This document shows, one piece after another, positions 42,801 through 50,546 of a stretch of DNA of 64,000 nucleotides (its first letter is position 1; each line of letters begins with the position of its first letter). This DNA is from an uncultured Armatimonadia bacterium (GTDB taxonomy: Bacteria > Armatimonadota > Zipacnadia > CAVVLO01). The stretch is taken from contig CAVVLO010000002.1 in assembly GCA_963749155.1 (NCBI GenBank), positions 832,001 to 896,000 of the forward strand, written 5' to 3'. Both the position numbers and the translations under genes were made by a program. Under the pieces are notes generated by a model that saw only the letters and a list, made by a program, of their open reading frames with translations, had not been told where the DNA came from and did not search any database.

Positions 42801-43053
42801 GCCAGGAAGCGCCGACATAACCAGGCTCCCCAGTGAAGTCACACTCGAGCTTCAGGCCCTTGGCGAGGGGCGTGCCGGCTGGTAGATCAACTGCGGCCGT
42901 GATTGAGCTAGCGCCCAGGCTGCCGCCAAGTTGGCTAAGACTCCAGCCCTCGGCCGCCTGGAAATCCGCCCCGGCCAGCTCGAGGGGCGCAGCCAGGGCT
43001 AACCCCGCAACAACGAATATGATTGTGAAAACTGCTGCCAGCAGTCTGTTCAT
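39802..43053 (-). CDS. secreted multidomain clan GH-A glycosidase (GH39/GH5-like) with N-terminal CBM-like and C-terminal CBM9-like domains
   Basis: Signal peptide; YWEVWNEPN, SVHPY, WSTEIGW and HNFGIL; C-terminal VKDD...WRGDSIQ...VNENDG (CBM9-like). Confidence 0.85.
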   Translation of the reverse strand: MNRLLAAVFTIIFVVAGLALAAPLELAGADFQAAEGWSLSQLGGSLGASSITAAVDLPAGTPLAKGLKLECDFTGEPGYVGASWRGASWPGQPEKVSFWIHTGGTPHTIVLRLRDSSGQCFQKTLLDLAAVKGWQRLETSLADLPSWHHFGGPDDGQVHYPLSLGELIIDRNAPDSNATIYFADLRITTEADPSELVRLDVVQKLKWPLVFDLDELLVFRLGLTNLSTAASLPVEVEWNLTDAAGVAARSGSGKLSLPAGSTKEIRATFKAPRYGVWYCKFLVKGEGWAKEGTASIAVTSKPEETTFVDDAPWGMGIYFSRYGFDELDTAAKLAQQAGIKWSREEFSWSSIQRAPDVWDWSRFDPDVEAAYSHGIQLFGLLDYWNDAIAPPYTETGAKAFAEYCRQVVSRYKDRIKYWEVWNEPNIQPFWKGPRNFYARVLELAYKAIKEADPEARVMAFSTAGVDLEFIKTIIDEGAIGDFDFVSVHPYRYPPTPEQTDLVGQLQNAQARLLEWGCPDEPMWSTEIGWPTNLGGNGSTELKQAQMIVRTYLLSLASGTTSKIFWYNYRNDGFDPEYNEHNFGILRRPFEPKPAFLSYKTMTERLGGAPRFVRRLETTDDGNYVLEFKTGDQTTFVCWRDGEGEASIALKLGSNAFRAWDLFGNLLPIRGVSGTANLTIGPSPIFVSSISRHIEASVRDDWFTVKVVPEIAAPGQEVQLQARLENPVRHTLRGALAFDAEWEESPAAALPVELVERKVISRSSLLPESLEPGQYQVKATLYDQVNRGLRSSGQVSVQVPISLELRPSPGTTSAFAILLTPREPKLKGLLTARFADGTVKGPYPLEFHSQESKLVTIPMPADFAQTGQAQAELELTLFGRGTMTAPVRFASLAVSKLATAQPDCSLVLGPANFTSLTSQTAGSADDLSAQAGFAWADEGLHFRFVVKDDVQAEGPSAAELWRGDSIQLALSRALPYAAKEDNYLEVGFALQGDRPLLYIWQTPRGMEAAKLVEASRLSITREGASTVYEGVLAVADWLELRSGAQFGLSFIVNENDGGGREGWLEWGGGIGYHKSPADFGYAAL

Positions 43054-43081
43054 TTTTTCCTCCCTGGGCCTTCAGCCCCGG

Positions 43082-44518
43082 TCACAGCTTCCGCCGGTGA
43101 CGCAAATAAGTCTCGTTCATCCCAAGCTGCTCGCACTGGCCAAGGAAATAATCGTGTAACCGCTGTGCAACTTCGGGATACTGGTCTATCAGGTCATGCT
43201 GCTGGCCGGGATCCTCATCCAGCTTGAAGAGCATCGGTTTGGGGACTCTGCCCTGAGGCACCATCGCAGAGCGCTCTACATGGTCTATAGCATGTTGCAG
43301 CGCCGCAAACAGAGGCGCGTCAGGACTGCCGTAATGGATGAGCGACCAGCCCCCGCTTGTTATGGTCGTTGGCCTGCCCGCATTGGAATCATAAGAGAGG
43401 GCGGGCGAGCTTATCGTGCCCTCGCGTATGGAGTCGCATCGGCCCGCCATCATTGGCACCAGCGACTGGCCCTGGAAGGTCTCTGGCAAACGCGCGCCGG
43501 CCAGTTCGAGCAGGGTGCGGCTGACATCTGGCGGCTGGACGAGGCCACTCAGCCTGGCCGCGTGATGCTGCCCTGGCAGGCGGATCATCAAAGGGATATG
43601 GGCTATTTCTTCCCATAACGGGCAATTGGCAAAATGGCCATCCCAGATATAACCTTTGCCTTGCAGGTTGTGTTCTCCGTGGCAGAAGCCATGATCAGTA
43701 GTCACGATGATGGCCGTGTCGTCCAGGAGCCCAAGGGCCTCCACGCGCTGCATCAGATGGCCAATCCAGGCGTCCACCAGGCTGACCTCGCCTGCATAAA
43801 GCGCGCGTATATGCCTCATCTCGGCGGGAGTATAAAAGTCCGCATCGGTATAGCGCGGGTAGACTATATTGTCGCCGGTGTACGAGCCTTCGGGCTCATA
43901 CATACGCAGATAACTGTCCGGCGGATCCCAGGGCTCATGGGGATCAAAGGTATCTACATAAAGGAAGAAAGGCCCCTCGTCCTTGTTCTCCTCGAGCCAT
44001 TCGCCGGCTTTGCGCATGGACTGAGCACAGAAATGGTCTCTCTCCCCCTGCCTGTGCGCGTTGTTGCGCATAAACTGAGGCGGGATTATATCGGGCTGGC
44101 GGAGTTTCTCGCCTGGCGCAGGCAGCTTCGGGTGGCGCGGAAAGGTGCGCCAGCGGTCGTTCTCCTGCCCGCGTATCCACTCGAATCCGCTGAAGCCTCG
44201 ATCATAACCGGTGGCGTTCTGCAGCAGATGGGGCGTGTCACAGATGAGCATCGTCGTATAGTCGGCCTGCCCCAGGACTTCTGACAGGACAGGATACTGC
44301 CTGGGTAGTGGCCCCCAATCAAGCTCGGTAAAAGTAAACCTGCCGGTCACGAGATCGCACCGATTAGGGATGGTCGGGAACGAAGCCGTATAGGCGTTCT
44401 CGAACAGGAAACTCTCAGTAGAAAACTTGTCCAGGTTGGGCGTGTGAATCCACTCGTTGCCGTAACAACCGAGATGGTCACGCCGGAGCGTATCGGACAC
44501 AACCAGGATGATATTCAA
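43082..44518 (-). CDS. sulfatase/alkaline-phosphatase-superfamily hydrolase with Thr at the formylglycine position
   Basis: TTG start: NIILVVSDTLRRDHLGCYG, TPNLD, SFPTIPNR, FDPHEPW and TTDHG. Confidence 0.85.
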   Translation of the reverse strand: MNIILVVSDTLRRDHLGCYGNEWIHTPNLDKFSTESFLFENAYTASFPTIPNRCDLVTGRFTFTELDWGPLPRQYPVLSEVLGQADYTTMLICDTPHLLQNATGYDRGFSGFEWIRGQENDRWRTFPRHPKLPAPGEKLRQPDIIPPQFMRNNAHRQGERDHFCAQSMRKAGEWLEENKDEGPFFLYVDTFDPHEPWDPPDSYLRMYEPEGSYTGDNIVYPRYTDADFYTPAEMRHIRALYAGEVSLVDAWIGHLMQRVEALGLLDDTAIIVTTDHGFCHGEHNLQGKGYIWDGHFANCPLWEEIAHIPLMIRLPGQHHAARLSGLVQPPDVSRTLLELAGARLPETFQGQSLVPMMAGRCDSIREGTISSPALSYDSNAGRPTTITSGGWSLIHYGSPDAPLFAALQHAIDHVERSAMVPQGRVPKPMLFKLDEDPGQQHDLIDQYPEVAQRLHDYFLGQCEQLGMNETYLRHRRKL

Positions 44519-44729
44519 ACCGATTTCCCCCCTGGATACTGGGGGAGGGCGCGCAGAATCGCGTCCTAGTGCTTCAACCTGGTTGTGCGAAGTAGAGTGT
44601 GGATGTTGCTGCGTTCTGGGCCAGGGCGCGCTCCCCCTTTCCAAAGTTCGGTAAACATACTGGAATCCTTCCTTATGTGTCAATTTTTTTTCTTATATTT
44701 TTCTTAAGTAGTTAGGTGATTTGTTGCAG

Positions 44730-44761
44730 AAAAAAGGGGCCTTCCCGTAGGAAAGCCCCTT
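44730..44761 (-). terminator. intrinsic terminator after the DUF4139 gene
   Basis: Minus strand AAGGGGCTTTCC-TACG-GGAAGGCCCC followed by T6. Confidence 0.85.
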
Positions 44762-44814
44762 GTGACGCCGGTGAAGCTAGTCTCGATTTAAGAAACGCCC
44801 CGGTCAAGTGCGCT

Positions 44815-46233
44815 TCAGGTTCCTGCTGGCCGCTCTCCAACCTCGACTGTATAAGTCAGAGTAGCCTCGCCATCAGCGGGCACATCCACGATCCACTCCT
44901 GGTAATCGGCGCCCTTCTTGCTGCCTTCCTGAGACTGCTTCTGGATTCGCCAGTCGCCCCAGAAGCGCTCGCGGACGGTAACCTTGATGGCTTCGGCCTT
45001 GTGGTTCTTCAATACGAACTTCCCATCGAACTGCTGCAGATTGCCTGGATAATCGCGCCGGGCCATCAGTGTCTTCACCGAAGTCACATCGAAGGCCTCG
45101 CCTACTGTCAACCAGATGGTCTCGTTCTTGGGCGTGTGCTGGATACGGTCCTCGCCGATGAGCTGGCTCGAACCGGAGCTGTCCTTTTTGTAAAGCTTGA
45201 CTATACCGGCAGGCAAAGGCATCCCAAGCCCATTGGCCTCGGCGTTGTCGAACTTCAGCTTTACTTTCACCTTGTCGGGCTGCTCGGGATTGGTGCTGTA
45301 GCCGACATTGCTCTCGCAAAGGAAAACTTTATCCAACCCGAAACTCGGGGCGTCCAGCAAGGCCACCTGTTTGATCTCACGGTCGCTCACGGTGGTCGGG
45401 CGTTGGAGTGAGTAGAGGTGATACTCGAAGAAGCTCTCCTCTTCGAAGCCGCCCATACCTGCCGGCGCTGCCATTGCGAGATCAAGCGATCTGGCGTTGC
45501 GGTACATCTGACGCTCGGGTTGGGCGCGGTTGATGGTACCTGCCACCAGCTTGAGTGTGGCGTTCTTGTAAGTCGCGCCACTGTTGTTGGTAAGTGTGAC
45601 CCAGCCGTTGAGGCTGCCCTGAGTATCGGTCTCGTTGATAAGCAACACATAGTCCGCGCGCCAGGAGATCCCGCCGGTACAGTAGGTGATCTCGACCTGA
45701 CGCGATCCTTCTACCCGGCTGTCCAGCAGCCATTCCAGTGTCGGCTTGATGCGCAAGCCTTCGGAAAGAGCCGGCAGTTCTACTGTACCCGGCGCGTTGA
45801 TCACTATCTTGCCGCCTATATTCATCACACCAGGCCGGTCGCCGTTGATAGAGAGCAAGGTGCCGTTGTCGACGCGCACCAGCTTGCCTGCCTCATCGTA
45901 GACCTTGAGGGCAATCTCCTTGCCCAGGTATTTCTCCAGCAGCTTGCCAGGGCTGACGAGGTCATACTGGAAGTTCTGCTCCAGCACGTTGAGGGCAGTC
46001 CAGTCGGCGACATCGGTCAGCTTGACACTGCTGGCCTCTACCAGAGCGGCCACATCGGAGAACTCCAGCATACTGACACCCTTCGCCAGAGTCACTGTGC
46101 GAACATCCTTCACGACGCCGAGATTATCGTTGTAGACAGTGATGGCTACCGAGTCGGCTTTGGGCGCGTCCTGAGCCAGCGCCATCGCTGCCAGCACCAG
46201 CAACGCAAGGAGCATAATCGAAATTCTTTTCAT
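44815..46233 (-). CDS. secreted DUF4139/DUF4140-domain protein
   Basis: Signal peptide; ITVYNDNLGVVKD, LEQNFQYDL, ISWRADY, FEYHLY, GMPLPAG and IGEDRIQHTPKNE. Confidence 0.85.
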   Translation of the reverse strand: MKRISIMLLALLVLAAMALAQDAPKADSVAITVYNDNLGVVKDVRTVTLAKGVSMLEFSDVAALVEASSVKLTDVADWTALNVLEQNFQYDLVSPGKLLEKYLGKEIALKVYDEAGKLVRVDNGTLLSINGDRPGVMNIGGKIVINAPGTVELPALSEGLRIKPTLEWLLDSRVEGSRQVEITYCTGGISWRADYVLLINETDTQGSLNGWVTLTNNSGATYKNATLKLVAGTINRAQPERQMYRNARSLDLAMAAPAGMGGFEEESFFEYHLYSLQRPTTVSDREIKQVALLDAPSFGLDKVFLCESNVGYSTNPEQPDKVKVKLKFDNAEANGLGMPLPAGIVKLYKKDSSGSSQLIGEDRIQHTPKNETIWLTVGEAFDVTSVKTLMARRDYPGNLQQFDGKFVLKNHKAEAIKVTVRERFWGDWRIQKQSQEGSKKGADYQEWIVDVPADGEATLTYTVEVGERPAGT

Positions 46234-46298
46234 ACCAGCACCTCCAGAGAGTCTGTTGCTTCTATTGTACAGTCAAAAGACGTTGTCGGCCTTGCCCG

Positions 46299-48437
46299 CT
46301 AGTCTACTTCGGGCAAAATCTTGTAGGCCATATCGTCGCTGACTACGATTACCTGCTGACCAAGCGCCAGGTATGGAGCCAGTTCGGGTTCGGCAGCAAG
46401 CAGGTCGAAATACTTCTCGCTGCCCCAGACAAGGTCGGTAACAGGCTGAGCCTTGTACAGCGAGTCAGTCCAGATTCCCTTTATCAGATAGAAAGTCCGG
46501 TCGCCGACCTGCTTCACGCCTTCGGTGGGAGATTCATTTAGCACACTCTGCTGCTTGGCCTGGTCGACATCTTTGCCAAGGGCCACGGCTCCTGCCCCAC
46601 TGCGGGTTTCGAGCGCCGTGCCAGCGCCAGCCATACCGTAACTGTCTACAGCTCCAGGCGAAGGGGGCACTGCTCCGATGAAGAGGCTCTCTTCACTTTC
46701 GCGCACCAGCATAGAGGTGTAAGGGGTTACGATGCCGTAGCGCTCAGCCAGTTTGATTATCTCGTCGCGCAGTTCGGCGGTATCACCCTCGAGTCGCAAC
46801 TGATCCATCAGATAACCAATCCGCCGGGCAGCCCACAGGCGTGGCAGAGACTTCTCTTCCCGGGCGTCAGCGGTAAAGGTCACTTTGGCGGAATGCCTGT
46901 AAGCCTCTTCTCCGCGCTTTCCAGTCAGCACGAGGGTTGCTTCTCCTGGCTGGCGATAACGCCCGACCACCACAACCTGGTCGCCCCAGAAAAGGTCACC
47001 TACCTCGGGAGGATAGACCTGGAAGACTTCAGCGCCTTCGAAGGTCAGCTCCACCTCGGTCATTGCGGGACGCGCAAGCTTCATCCACAGCGAACTGATC
47101 GCCTGTTCGACCTCTTCGTTCTCGGTCACATAAGTGGTGCGACCGCCATTTTCACTGGTCAGCTTGTCCAGTAGATGTGTATTGACATCATAGCCGACGC
47201 CGAATACGAACAACCTGGCCTTGCTGACCTTGTTAACCTTGTTGAAATTGGCGACGATAGTATCCTCATCCGTCTCGCCAGCCGTTGGCATACCATCGGT
47301 CAGGCACAGCACGAAACAGGGCCTGCCGGCCTGGCGATCAAAACTGGAAGAAGCCATCCCAAGCGCCTCGTCGAGGTTGGTCGAACCGACTGCTTCCAGC
47401 CCGGCGACGAAATCAAGCGCCCGTTTACGCGTCTGCTGGCTAACCTCCCGCAGCTTGCCAAACAAGGCCTCTGCCTCGCCCGAGAAACGCACCAGATTGA
47501 AGCGGTCTTGCTCTCCCAGGGAGTTGAGGCACTGGGTCAGCGCCGCCTGGGCCTGTTCAATCTTGGTGCCGCTCATACTGCCCGAGGTGTCCAGCACGAA
47601 AACGACATCCTTGGGCAAGGCAGCTTCGGTCTCGGCAAGACCGGGCGAGATAAGCGCAAGGAAGAAGCCCGGCTCCTTCGGCGCGCGATAGGTAAGCAAG
47701 GAAGCAGCTACCTCATCCTGCTTGACCGAATAGTAAAGGACGAAATCCTGATCGGGCAGAACGTCTTTTGCCTCCCAGGAGGCGGTTGCGCGTTTGTGAC
47801 CAGCTCGGGTCACTTCTACCTTGTGGGTCGGACTCCAGATAGAAGCCAGCGAGCGCGGATCTTCGAGGCTTACCGTGACCGAGCAGTCCGCAAGAGGCAC
47901 TGGAGAGTGCTTCTCGGTGGCCAGCGGGTAGTGCAACCTGAAGGTGCCCGCGTCATAATCCAGCACCTGGGAATACTTGAGCTGGACGCGCTTCTCGCCC
48001 TTCGCGGGGATGGGGTAGATACGCGCTCTGAAAGCACCCTGGTTCACGTATTCAAGCAGGCCGGGGTCGCGCAGCTTGCGCACGATGTCGAGATAGATTT
48101 CTCTGGCTTTATCAGCATCGAGTACCTCGGAGGTTAGCTTCTTGCCATCCTGCCAGAGGGCGAACTCGCTGACGACCGCCCCTTTGGGGATTGGGAAGAC
48201 ATAGGTAGCCTCCAGGTCGAAGGAGTTGGGATTGCGGAAGACCTGGTCTATCGAGAACTCCGCGACACCACCAGCTACGTTGATCTCGACCCGGTGGTAT
48301 TCTATCGGCAGCGACAGGACTGGCCTGACAGGGACAATTGGCATCACGTCGGGGAAGTCGGGGATCAGGATACCGTCGGCCAGTACCGAGCCAGCAAGAG
48401 CAAGTATCAGAGCAAGCACTAGAAGAGCCTGTTTCAT
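46299..48437 (-). CDS. secreted VIT + von Willebrand factor A domain protein (ITIH-like)
   Basis: Signal peptide; VIT (DQVFRNP..EATYVFPIP...RDPGLLE); MIDAS DTSGSM...GSTN...LTDG; LWAARRI and VTPYTS. Confidence 0.9.
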   Translation of the reverse strand: MKQALLVLALILALAGSVLADGILIPDFPDVMPIVPVRPVLSLPIEYHRVEINVAGGVAEFSIDQVFRNPNSFDLEATYVFPIPKGAVVSEFALWQDGKKLTSEVLDADKAREIYLDIVRKLRDPGLLEYVNQGAFRARIYPIPAKGEKRVQLKYSQVLDYDAGTFRLHYPLATEKHSPVPLADCSVTVSLEDPRSLASIWSPTHKVEVTRAGHKRATASWEAKDVLPDQDFVLYYSVKQDEVAASLLTYRAPKEPGFFLALISPGLAETEAALPKDVVFVLDTSGSMSGTKIEQAQAALTQCLNSLGEQDRFNLVRFSGEAEALFGKLREVSQQTRKRALDFVAGLEAVGSTNLDEALGMASSSFDRQAGRPCFVLCLTDGMPTAGETDEDTIVANFNKVNKVSKARLFVFGVGYDVNTHLLDKLTSENGGRTTYVTENEEVEQAISSLWMKLARPAMTEVELTFEGAEVFQVYPPEVGDLFWGDQVVVVGRYRQPGEATLVLTGKRGEEAYRHSAKVTFTADAREEKSLPRLWAARRIGYLMDQLRLEGDTAELRDEIIKLAERYGIVTPYTSMLVRESEESLFIGAVPPSPGAVDSYGMAGAGTALETRSGAGAVALGKDVDQAKQQSVLNESPTEGVKQVGDRTFYLIKGIWTDSLYKAQPVTDLVWGSEKYFDLLAAEPELAPYLALGQQVIVVSDDMAYKILPEVD

Positions 48438-48467
48438 AAAGCCCACCTCCATTTGAAGTCACTGGTG

Positions 48468-48495
48468 GGACTGACCCTGACATAAAAAAGTTCCC
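48468..48495 (-). promoter_or_regulatory. ECF-type promoter upstream of the VIT-VWA gene
   Basis: GGGAACTTTT-N14-GTCC; same motif and spacing as 49963-49990. Confidence 0.7.
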
Positions 48496-48513
48496 GCACG
48501 AAGCGAGCCAGGG

Positions 48514-49923
48514 CTAGCGAGAGGCTTCCGAAAGCTGCGCCAGCACGTCACTGGGCGTTGCGTTGACCCAGGTGGCGTCCAGTAGAAGATTGAAGAGGGG
48601 CTGTGGGGCAGGCCCTGAAAGCAGGTTGGCCACAAGCGAGGCCGGCGCGTTTTCAGAATGGACGGTCACCAAACCCTCGGCCGCGGGAACATGCCACAGG
48701 CCCATCCGCTGAGCCAGGACAGTGCCGCCTGCCTGCAATCCCAGAGTGAAGCTGACTCCGCCTTGAGTGACAGGTAGAGTGACCGAGGCGGTGGGACGCA
48801 AAGCCGCCGGGCCAAAAGGCGCTCTGCCTTCCCATAGTATCTGGAAGGCCCCGGTGTGTTCGAGCAAGACCAGGCGCACGATGCCTGATTGCAGTCCAAG
48901 TGACTGCAGATCGGCGAAGGCTGTCAGTCGGGCTCCGCCCTGGCGAAGCACCACGGCATACCCAAGTGGATTGCTGCCAACCGGTGCGGGCAGTGTTCCA
49001 GCGCCTTCTGCCATACCCGTAGCAGTGGCCTGGTCAGCACCCAGCTCTAGCTCGAAAGCACCAGGCGCACCGCCATCAGGCCCTGGGCCGCCTGCAACAG
49101 CACCTGATTTCATCGCCATCATATCGTTTTCGGGCAAGCCACCCCCACGACCTGGCATCCCGGCTGCGCTGAAAGTATTTTCGCTGGCGGCCAGCGCCTC
49201 TCCCTCGTTAAGCGGCCTGAGCTTGAACTCGCTCGCTCGCACTGGCCTTCTGGCCTCTTCCATCTGAGGAGCAGCAGGCTGAATCGCCATCCTGTCATGC
49301 CCGGCCGGGGTGCCTGTTGGCGCTCCGCCAGGTTGGGGCCCTGGCGTGTAAGGCTGCATCGGGGGGGGTGAAGGCGGATAAGGTCCTCCCCCCATACCTG
49401 GGGGAACGGAAGTCATATTGCCACTCGGCGCTGGCATCATATTACCGGGCGCCATGGAAGGCGGAGCTTGATTTAGCTTTTGACCTGGCATACCAGGCGC
49501 AGCTGCATCAGCAGGTGCTCGCATCCCTTCATCAATCGCAGAAGGCGCCGGCACTGACAAGCTGCCTGAGGCGATTGGCGGGGGAGCTTCAGCGCTCTTC
49601 ATACCGCCCATCTGGCTCATCAAAGCGTAACTGCCCACCACGAGGACCAGCATCGCAGCTACCCCAAGCTGCCAGCCAACTCGGTAAATCCAGGGCTTCG
49701 GCCTGGCTAGTTGTACCTGGGCGATTACTCGCTCGGAAAGCCCTGCCGGGACCGCCAGCGAAGGCGTGTCAGCAATAGACTCGCGCAGCGCATCCAGTTC
49801 GGCATAAAGCTGCGCGCAAGCTGGGCACTCGGTGAGGTGGCCTTCGACCTCGGAGCGAAGCTGAGCATCAAGCTCACCATCGCGAAAAGCCGTATAAAGT
49901 TCTCTGAGCTGGTTACAGTTCAT
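48514..49923 (-). CDS. zinc-binding (zf-HC2/ZAS) transmembrane anti-sigma factor with long Pro/Gly/Met-rich extracytoplasmic linker
   Basis: DGEL...HLTECPAC (HxxxCxxC) followed by a TM helix; directly downstream of the ECF sigma gene. Confidence 0.88.
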   Translation of the reverse strand: MNCNQLRELYTAFRDGELDAQLRSEVEGHLTECPACAQLYAELDALRESIADTPSLAVPAGLSERVIAQVQLARPKPWIYRVGWQLGVAAMLVLVVGSYALMSQMGGMKSAEAPPPIASGSLSVPAPSAIDEGMRAPADAAAPGMPGQKLNQAPPSMAPGNMMPAPSGNMTSVPPGMGGGPYPPSPPPMQPYTPGPQPGGAPTGTPAGHDRMAIQPAAPQMEEARRPVRASEFKLRPLNEGEALAASENTFSAAGMPGRGGGLPENDMMAMKSGAVAGGPGPDGGAPGAFELELGADQATATGMAEGAGTLPAPVGSNPLGYAVVLRQGGARLTAFADLQSLGLQSGIVRLVLLEHTGAFQILWEGRAPFGPAALRPTASVTLPVTQGGVSFTLGLQAGGTVLAQRMGLWHVPAAEGLVTVHSENAPASLVANLLSGPAPQPLFNLLLDATWVNATPSDVLAQLSEASR

Positions 49924-49928
49924 AATTT

Positions 49929-50546
49929 TCACGCCCGTCCCGGTTCGACGGACTCACAGCTTGGACCGACCAGCGGTCCGAAAAGTTCCCTCTGGGCAGT
50001 CAGCTCTTCTCTCAGTGCGAGCCGCGCCCGGTTGAGGCGTGATTTCACAGTGCCTTCCTTGGCCCCAAGCAGTTGGGCTAGCTCCTCATAAGCAAGCCCT
50101 TCAAGGTCGCGCAGGAGGAGCACTTCTCTAAACTCGGGGGCAAGCCGAGTGATTGCCTCAAGCACGACCTGGCTGCGCTCATGGCGGAGAGTAGCTTCTT
50201 CAGGGGTGTCGCCTGACGCTGGCAGCAGCTCCCAGGGGGCTGGGCCCTCCTCATCAGCAGGCATAAGTGGATGCCGCGAGGACTTCAATACTTCGTCCTT
50301 GCAGACATTGGTCGCTATCGAGAGCAACCAGGTGGTGAAGGCCGAATCTCCCCGAAATCGTTTGATTGCCTTGAGAGCCCTGAGGAAGGTCTCTTGCGTG
50401 GCATCGGAGGCCAGATCCGGATTACCGAGGTAGCGCGCGCAATAGCCATAGACCCGAGGCAGATGCGCCCTGACCAATTCGTCGAAGGCGGCGGTATCAC
50501 CCCGTCGCGCGCGCTCCAGCGTCAACTTGGTCAGCTCAGGGCTCAT
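49929..50546 (-). CDS. ECF RNA polymerase sigma factor
   Basis: GDTAAFDELV, DATQETF, FRGDSAFTTWL and GTVKSRLNRAR. Confidence 0.95.
   Translation of the reverse strand: MSPELTKLTLERARRGDTAAFDELVRAHLPRVYGYCARYLGNPDLASDATQETFLRALKAIKRFRGDSAFTTWLLSIATNVCKDEVLKSSRHPLMPADEEGPAPWELLPASGDTPEEATLRHERSQVVLEAITRLAPEFREVLLLRDLEGLAYEELAQLLGAKEGTVKSRLNRARLALREELTAQRELFGPLVGPSCESVEPGRA
49963..49990 (-). promoter_or_regulatory. ECF-type promoter embedded in the sigma gene 3' end, facing the anti-sigma gene
   Basis: GGGAACTTTT-N14-GTCC, 39 nt before the anti-sigma ATG. Confidence 0.7.

Noticed and set aside
44520..44730. AT-rich intergenic stretch as ncRNA or origin
   Set aside because: No tRNA/ncRNA fold or DnaA-box cluster recognised; most likely the promoter region of the sulfatase-like operon.
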